This document shows, piece by piece, positions 56,037 to 61,009 of a stretch of DNA of 61,009 nucleotides; position 1 is the first letter of the stretch, and the number at the start of each line of letters is the position of its first letter. The notes below the pieces were generated by a model. That model saw nothing but the letters and a program-made list of their open reading frames with translations, searched no databases and had not been told where the DNA came from. The translations under genes and the position numbers were made by a program. Source of the stretch: an uncultured bacterium (GTDB lineage: Bacteria > Omnitrophota > Omnitrophia > Omnitrophales > Aquincolibacteriaceae); assembly GCA_964482725.1 (NCBI GenBank), contig CAYZYT010000014.1, forward strand, positions 1-61,009, written 5' to 3'.

Positions 56037-58250
56037 ATGGCTGGCTTTCCGGCGAAAAAATTCATTACCGTCTCTATTTTACTGACCCTCACGCTCGCCA
56101 CCGCCCCGCTCGCTTTCACATCCGAAGTTCTTTCGACTAACACCGGGGATTCCCTCACATTATCGAATCTTGCAGTCCCTGAAGAGCTCGGAAAGGTTCA
56201 AGAACGCTTCGCCTCCAACCCTGCCGGAAGCAATCTCCGAACGATCATTCAGATCCAGGATGTTCATGCACACGCCACAGCCCAACAAAACATCGCTGCC
56301 CTTCTGGAACGTCTTCGTGCCGTGTTCGGTATAGAGAAGGTCGCACTCGAAGGAGCTTGGGCCACGACTTCCTTGCCCCAAAGCCATGCCATCCCAACTT
56401 CGCGCGAAAAACAGCTTCTCGCCAGAACGCTGCTGGAGGATGACCAGATCTCAGGCCCGGTCTATGCCGCGATTATGTCTCCCGATCCGATCACGCTCAT
56501 CGGGATCGAAGACGAAGCGGCTTATGAAAAAAACAGGGCCCTTTTCCTGGTCCACCTCGGAAAAGCCAAAGAAATCGAGGAAAAACTAAAGCTCTATGAA
56601 ACTTCCCTGAAAGAGACTCAAAGATCGACCTGGGGTCCGGACCTTTTAGCCTTTGGAAGCGCCTTCGGAATATTCCGGGACACTTCCGATCTTGGGAAAT
56701 TCTTCCCGATCCTTTGGACGGCTGCCGAGACACAAAGCATTGATACTTCCGACCTCAGTCAGATCCTTCTGCTGCAAAACATCCTTTCTCTGGAGAAGCT
56801 TTTTCAGAAGGAGCGCCTGGAGCAGGAGGTGAAGCAAGTGATGCGGGATTACAAGAACACTCCCTGGACGCTAGAAGAGCTGATCCGAGGAGGCAAGATC
56901 CCAACCGAAAAGCTCGGCTCTTATCCTGAAATCAAGAAACTGACTCAGCTTTACAAAATGCGCGACCAAATCTCTCTCAGCGATCTAACAACCCAGATCG
57001 AGACCTTGACCGGTCGCATCCTCGAGAAACTTGTCCGCACTCCGGCTGAAATCGCCCTATGGGAGAAAGTTGAAAGGCTCTTCCTCGCGCGCCGCATTCT
57101 TCTGCTGCAAGCATCCCCCGAGGACATGAAAGCCTTCGAAAATGAAAAAACCTCCCTTGCGCCGGAACTCGCTATCACCGGGCTTTCCGAGGCCCTTGCC
57201 GTATCGCTTGATTTTTACGCGGGGGTGAAAAGCCGTGATGAGATCTTTTTCAACAAAGTGATGAACGACCCCGCTCTGTCCGGCAATATCGCGATCGTCA
57301 CGGGCGGCTTCCACACGGACGGGCTTTCCCAGCGCTTCCGCGATGCAGGGATCTCCTATATCACGATCACTCCCGAGCTCGGCGGCACGGCCATGAATCA
57401 AAAACTTTATAACGCCAGGATGATGGATGGTGGATGGCGGATGGCGGCAAACGAGAAACCCGAAACGCCATCCTCCATCCTCCCTCCGTCTTCCGAGTCA
57501 TCAACATTGTCAGAACTCCGGAACGCCATCGCCTGGATCGACGACCGATTTCCAGAAAGTTATGAGGTTTTGCTGCAAACCAAAGATGTCCGGAAAGCTG
57601 CGGCTGTTTTTACGGGAAGCCCGGTCGCCCTATCAAGGTCCGCCAAGGCCTCTCATCTTTCTAGGAAAGGAAGGATCGATCTCGAGACGAAAAAAGGAAC
57701 CGCGGTCAAAGCCTCGGAGTTGCAGGTCAGTGAGTTTATGGTAAAACCCCGCCCGGAACAGCTAAGCGCCGTCCAGGCATGGTTAACACAGGGATCGAAG
57801 GGTCGGGAAAAAGCGATGTTGGTTTCTTCGGCCGGCATCCTCGCGCGGATGCTTTCAGAAGAAAAAACCGCGCGGCTTCTTCAGGAAGCTGTCGGCGAAG
57901 GCGCTATCGTAGCGCTGGCTCAGGATATCCCGGCGGTAGACATGCCAAAGTTTCTTTCTTCTCTGCGCGGGATCAATTGGTTTGAAGCCACGGACATCGC
58001 AACGCTGGTTGAAAAAACGCCGCGCTTCCAGAGGCTTGCAAAAAAGCACCCTTTTGCGATCATGGAGAATGGTCGCCCCATGGGGGCCTACGTTGTCCTG
58101 CCGGAAAAACCTATCTCCCTTGTCCTCTTCAGAATCATCACGCTGAATCCCAACCTCTACCAGGCCGCCAAAGACCCCGCCTTCCTGGCCCTGCTTGAGG
58201 ATCTCGTGTCTGAGATTTTGTCGAAGGAACTTTCCGCAAAAGCCGCTTAA
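56037..58250 (+). CDS. 737-aa secreted or anchored paralog of the giant protein's N-terminal module (erythromycin-esterase/ChaN/Tiki-like suspected), plus an LSELR junction and a C-terminal domain
   Basis: Signal-like N-terminus KKFITVSILLTLTLATAPLAFT. IQIQDVHAHATAQQNI, EKVALEGAW and VTGGFHTDGLSQRFRDAGISYITITPEL are collinear with giant aa ~45-560. Confidence 0.85.
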   Translation: MAGFPAKKFITVSILLTLTLATAPLAFTSEVLSTNTGDSLTLSNLAVPEELGKVQERFASNPAGSNLRTIIQIQDVHAHATAQQNIAALLERLRAVFGIEKVALEGAWATTSLPQSHAIPTSREKQLLARTLLEDDQISGPVYAAIMSPDPITLIGIEDEAAYEKNRALFLVHLGKAKEIEEKLKLYETSLKETQRSTWGPDLLAFGSAFGIFRDTSDLGKFFPILWTAAETQSIDTSDLSQILLLQNILSLEKLFQKERLEQEVKQVMRDYKNTPWTLEELIRGGKIPTEKLGSYPEIKKLTQLYKMRDQISLSDLTTQIETLTGRILEKLVRTPAEIALWEKVERLFLARRILLLQASPEDMKAFENEKTSLAPELAITGLSEALAVSLDFYAGVKSRDEIFFNKVMNDPALSGNIAIVTGGFHTDGLSQRFRDAGISYITITPELGGTAMNQKLYNARMMDGGWRMAANEKPETPSSILPPSSESSTLSELRNAIAWIDDRFPESYEVLLQTKDVRKAAAVFTGSPVALSRSAKASHLSRKGRIDLETKKGTAVKASELQVSEFMVKPRPEQLSAVQAWLTQGSKGREKAMLVSSAGILARMLSEEKTARLLQEAVGEGAIVALAQDIPAVDMPKFLSSLRGINWFEATDIATLVEKTPRFQRLAKKHPFAIMENGRPMGAYVVLPEKPISLVLFRIITLNPNLYQAAKDPAFLALLEDLVSEILSKELSAKAA
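57418..57494. repeat. GGATGG-family palindromic element inserted in-frame in 56037..58250 (aa 461-486, RMMDGGWRMAANEKPETPSSILPPSS)
   Basis: GGATGATGGATGGTGGATGGCGGATGGCG-GCAAACGAGAAACCCGAAAC-GCCATCCTCCATCCTCCCTCCGTCTTCC. The giant paralog lacks the insert at the aligned position. Confidence 0.8.
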
Positions 58251-58261
58251 AAACAGGGGGG

Positions 58262-58359
58262 GGACGGATATCGGAGGGAGGATGGCATTCAACTCTTTGT
58301 TTTTCGCTTTCAGTTAGTCCGCTTTTAGTTGCTCCCTCCACCATCCGTCATCCGCCATC
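58262..58359. repeat. GGATGG-family palindromic element with a long loop; the right arm overlaps the last codons of 58348..58797
   Basis: GGACGGATATCGGAGGGAGGATGGC ... GCTCCCTCCACCATCCGTCATCCGCCATC. Confidence 0.75.
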
Positions 58360-58797
58360 TTGTTTCTCGGCGAGATCTTTCCAATTGGCGAGGGTGTTTT
58401 CGAAGCTTTGGTCGAGGATATTCTTGACCTTTTGTTCTCCCAGGAGCATGCCCGCGATCCCGAGGTCCCAGGAGACTTCGACCGCGACCTCAACACCCTC
58501 AGGCTTCTCATGAAAGAAGTGCGTTCGCGTCATCGAGCCGTTCATGGGAAGCGCGCTTTGAATCACAGCCCGGCTCATGGGCTCCCAAACGGTCATTTCC
58601 TGTTCGACTTCGATGTGCTGACGGTCCAAGACACAGGCCTCATGCCAACGCAGGCCTTTCCCTTCACGAACCGTTCCGGTCCGTTCGCTTTCCTTGACGC
58701 CGTCCACCCATTCGGACATTCGCGCCACGTCGGCGAGAATGCCCCATACTTTTTCGAGCGGTGCGCGGATCAATATGTTTTTAGTGAGTGTATTCAT
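58348..58797 (-). CDS. SRPBCC (START/polyketide cyclase-like) family protein
   Basis: NILIRAPLEKVWGILADVARMSEWVDGV, typical of the family's N-terminus; size ~150 aa. Confidence 0.7.
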   Translation of the reverse strand: MNTLTKNILIRAPLEKVWGILADVARMSEWVDGVKESERTGTVREGKGLRWHEACVLDRQHIEVEQEMTVWEPMSRAVIQSALPMNGSMTRTHFFHEKPEGVEVAVEVSWDLGIAGMLLGEQKVKNILDQSFENTLANWKDLAEKQDGG

Positions 58798-58805
58798 TTT
58801 TTCCC

Positions 58806-58879
58806 GATGGGATATCGGATAGTGGATGGAGGATGGCGAAAAACTGGTTGCTCCATCTTCCCTCCGCCTTCCGCCATCC
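58806..58879. repeat. GGATGG-family palindromic element, intergenic, abutting the xth stop codon
   Basis: GATGGGATATCGGATAGTGGATGGAGGATGGCG-AAAAACTGGTTG-CTCCATCTTCCCTCCGCCTTCCGCCATCC. Confidence 0.85.
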
Positions 58880-59647
58880 TTATTTTAGTTGTATTTCCAC
58901 TGGTGCATGATCCGACCCCACCACATCGCGTAAGATCGTTGCACTCTTCACTTTCGGCACAAGATCCTCGGTGACAAAATGATAATCGATCCTCCAGCCA
59001 ACATTCCGTTCACGCGCGCCGGTCTTCATGTCCCACCAGCTGTAATGCCCGGGGTCTTTATGAAACTCCCGGAAGATATCCACCTGCCCGTCTGCCACCC
59101 ACTTATCAAGCCACGCCCGTTCGACCGGCAAAAATCCCGAGGTGTTTTCATTTTCCTTCGGCCGCGCAAGATCGATCTCCTTGTGCGCCGTATTGTAATC
59201 GCCGGAGATAATAACCTTTTTCCCCTGAGCTTTGAGTTTTTTTGTGCATTTCAATGTTTCGGCGTAAAAGTCCATTTTGTATTTGAGCCGTTCGTCGCCG
59301 GACTTCCCGTTCGGGAAATAGATGTTGAGAAAAGTGAAGTCCGGATAATGCGCGATAATGACCCGGCCTTCTTCGTCAAATTTCTTGATGCCGAAGCCGT
59401 TCTCGACCTTGACCGGTTTCTCTTTGGTGAAAAGCGCAACGCCGCTATAGCCCGGACGCACCGCGGAATTCCAATAGGTGTGATAGCCTTCCGGGTGCAT
59501 GAGGAACATATCGAGCTGCTCGGGCTTCGCCTTCGTTTCCTGGACGCCGAGAACATCCGGCTTTTCCCGCACAAGCCATTCGAGGAACCCTTTTTTCTGA
59601 ACAGCTCTTATTCCATTGACGTTCCAAGAGAGGATTTTATTAGGCAT
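58880..59647 (-). CDS. xth: Exodeoxyribonuclease III
   Basis: ILSWNVNGIRAVQKKGFLEWL...PDVLGVQETK ... GDYNTAH ... SDHAPV. Confidence 0.9.
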   Translation of the reverse strand: MPNKILSWNVNGIRAVQKKGFLEWLVREKPDVLGVQETKAKPEQLDMFLMHPEGYHTYWNSAVRPGYSGVALFTKEKPVKVENGFGIKKFDEEGRVIIAHYPDFTFLNIYFPNGKSGDERLKYKMDFYAETLKCTKKLKAQGKKVIISGDYNTAHKEIDLARPKENENTSGFLPVERAWLDKWVADGQVDIFREFHKDPGHYSWWDMKTGARERNVGWRIDYHFVTEDLVPKVKSATILRDVVGSDHAPVEIQLK

Positions 59648-59657
59648 GAAGTCTGAA

Positions 59658-60050
59658 TTATTTGCTAAGAATTTCTTGCGCGCGTTCGGGCTGGTCGGTG
59701 CGGATCACAAGGCATCCGCATTCCTGATTCGGCGTGGCGGTACAGTAGGCGTACGCAATATTGATGTCAGCTTCGGCGAGGCTTTGGCAAATGCGGGCAA
59801 GCGTCCCGGCCTTGTTGTCGATCTCCACGACCAGAACATCCTGTTCCATCACGTAAAGCTCTTCCTGCTCGAGAAGAAGCGTTGCCTTGGTGGGATGGTC
59901 GACAATGAACCGAACGACGGCATTGTCGACCGTGTCATGAACAGCCATCGCGAGAATATTAACCCCAGCTTCCGAAAGAATGGAGCAAGTGCGCGCCATA
60001 ATCCCGGGTCGATTGGGAAGAAAAACGGAAAGCTGTTTCTGGATCGGCAC
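59658..60050 (-). CDS. ACT domain-containing protein (two ACT repeats)
   Basis: LSVFLPNRPGIMARTCSILSEAGVNI and VVEIDNKAGTLARICQSLAEADINI; GTG start. Confidence 0.7.
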   Translation of the reverse strand: MPIQKQLSVFLPNRPGIMARTCSILSEAGVNILAMAVHDTVDNAVVRFIVDHPTKATLLLEQEELYVMEQDVLVVEIDNKAGTLARICQSLAEADINIAYAYCTATPNQECGCLVIRTDQPERAQEILSK

Positions 60051-60060
60051 TTCTAACCTC

Positions 60061-60162
60061 CGTACAGCGTATATCGTGTGTTGTATGTCGAGCCGTAGTT
60101 TACTGCTTTAAAAGCATTTTTTCGATAACTTTTTCCCGAACGACATACGATATACGGCATAC
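60061..60162. repeat. Hairpin element, GTATGTCG-word family, long loop
   Basis: CGTACAGCGTATATCGTGTGTTGTATGTCGAGCCGTAG ... CGAACGACATACGATATACGGCATAC. Confidence 0.5.
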
Positions 60163-60200
60163 AAAAAAAGCCGCACCCGATTTCTCAGGTTCGGCTTTTT
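60163..60200 (-). terminator. Terminator-like hairpin flanked by A- and T-runs
   Basis: AAAAAAA-GCCGCACC-CGATTTCTCA-GGTTCGGC-TTTTT. Confidence 0.6.
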
Positions 60201-60204
60201 GATA

Positions 60205-60360
60205 TAAAATCCCGGCGATCCCAATACATTTCATCTCGCCAAAGGCGGGATGGGGCCGTCCTGACCTCTCCCGTTTCTTTCTTTGATAATAGTCTGGGCA
60301 GTTTGCCCTGATCATTGTTAATTTTTTCTTGAAATCAGGACTACTGCCTCCCAATCCATA
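60205..60360 (-). ncRNA. Unassigned structured RNA candidate B (between two terminators, downstream of the 5S)
   Basis: On the minus strand there are nested helices: GGCAGU..UCCUGAU..AUCAGGG..ACUGCC and UCCCGCC..GGCGAG..GAUCGCC..GGGA. It ends with GCCGGGAUUUUAU, like the 5S 3' end. Confidence 0.3.
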
Positions 60361-60364
60361 AATA

Positions 60365-60402
60365 AAAAGACCCAAGCCTGATGAACAGACCTGGGTCTTT
60401 TA
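60365..60402 (-). terminator. Terminator-like hairpin
   Basis: AAAAGACCCAAG-CCTGATGAACAGAC-CTGGGTCTTTT. Confidence 0.6.
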
Positions 60403-60403
60403 A

Positions 60404-60492
60404 AATAAATCCCGGCAGTTTGCCCTTGAGCCCAATGCTCAAGGACTCCTCCTGGCGGCCTTGACGGTCGCCTAGGCGGACACTGCCGCGCA
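60404..60492 (-). ncRNA. Unassigned structured RNA candidate A (~85 nt, three-way junction)
   Basis: On the minus strand there is a closing helix CGGCAGU/ACUGCCG and hairpins GGCGACC-GUCAA-GGCCGCC and CUUGAGC-AUUGG-GCUCAAG. The last 20 nt are identical to the 5S 3' end plus its trailer. Confidence 0.35.
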
Positions 60493-60500
60493 TTAAAGTA

Positions 60501-60535
60501 GAAAACCCCCGGGCCTAAAAGACCCGAGGGTTTCC
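60501..60535 (-). terminator. Hairpin immediately downstream of the 5S rRNA
   Basis: GAAAACCCCCGGG-CCTAAAAGA-CCCGAGGGTTTC; on the minus strand it is followed by UUUUC. Confidence 0.55.
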
Positions 60536-60544
60536 AATAATAAA

Positions 60545-60663
60545 TCCCGGCAGTTTGCTACTCTCCCAACGAATTGCTCCGTTAGTACCATCGCCGGTAG
60601 AGGGCTTAACTTCCGTATTCGGAATGGGAACGGGTGTTGCCCCTCTCCTATGGCCACCGGAAA
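60545..60663 (-). rRNA. rrf: 5S ribosomal RNA
   Basis: The reverse complement reads CCGGTGGCCATAGGAGAGGGGCAACACCCGTTCCCATTCCGAATACGGAAGTTAAGCCCTCTACCGGCGATGGTACT...GGGAGAGTAGCAAACTGCCGGGA. Confidence 0.95.
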
Positions 60664-60830
60664 GCGATGTCCCGAGGCCGTCAATAAATCTGACGTCCAC
60701 GAGCGCGAATTTCAATCTGACCGTCGTTAGATCATCTCAAATATTACATTTGAGATCCGTAATGATCCAACGGGGTGAATAAGTCCCGACATAATATGAT
60801 TTCCCTTCACGTTTTGCGACGTGAAGGTAA

Positions 60831-61009
<179 letters not shown>

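Noticed and set aside
8518-60162. The periodic-word hairpins as a CRISPR array or arrays
   Set aside because: The copies are dispersed singly in separate intergenic gaps. They are inverted repeats, not direct repeats. They have no regular repeat-spacer periodicity, and no cas genes are present.
60205-60360. Unit B downstream of the 5S as SRP (4.5S) RNA
   Set aside because: It contains AGGUCAGG and GCCGGGAU, as E. coli 4.5S does. However, it lacks the GGAA tetraloop and the GGAAGCAGCC symmetric-loop strand that define domain IV.
60100-60375. The 91-aa minus-strand ORF, and other short ORFs at 60493..60782
   Set aside because: They run through terminator hairpins or through the 5S rRNA gene, so they are not credible coding sequences.

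Overview
This 61-kb chromosomal window holds about 37 protein genes plus the 3' end of an rRNA operon (partial 23S and a 5S) at the right edge. The first ~31 kb and the last ~3 kb are mostly ordinary housekeeping genes. These include homospermidine synthase, Fe/Mn-SOD, thyA-folA, a split transketolase, a GldA/F/G-type ABC system with DUF4340, a YgiQ radical-SAM protein, an MqnD-like futalosine enzyme, exonuclease III and others. Gene content and repeat style suggest an uncultivated lineage; my guess is Omnitrophota or PVC-like, which cannot be verified here. About 40% of the window (31106..55759, minus strand) is a single uninterrupted 24,654-nt ORF encoding 8,217 aa. It is not a repetitive adhesin or an NRPS/PKS. 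It is a chain of unrelated enzyme-type modules: PHP phosphoesterase, URO-D-like, GT5 glycogen synthase, two NDK-like, NadD-like, P-loop kinase, SAM methyltransferase, UDP-sugar pyrophosphorylase, kinase-like and GT35 phosphorylase-like. These modules are interspersed with paired transmembrane hairpins. Every module is bracketed by a conserved pentapeptide R-[S/A]-E-x-R, which occurs 24 times and is encoded by varying codons. A divergently transcribed 737-aa paralog (56037..58250) carries the same N-terminal erythromycin-esterase/ChaN/Tiki-like module, one copy of the motif, and possibly the same C-terminal module. I read this pair as the candidate novel system: a membrane-anchored mega-fusion or self-processed polyprotein centred on storage-glucan and NTP metabolism. 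A second notable layer is a set of 60-100-nt hairpin elements whose arms are built from degenerate 6-7-nt words, present in almost every intergenic gap. One family (GGATGG words) is also inserted in-frame inside coding sequences, as Rickettsia palindromic elements are. Other points are a tandem duplicated small-secreted-protein + GLUG-adhesin cassette next to a degenerate GGDEF protein, a nested inverted-repeat leader that covers the RBS of an Fe-ADH gene, and two unassigned structured RNA-like units downstream of the 5S. All domain calls are motif-level readings by eye; no database search was run.
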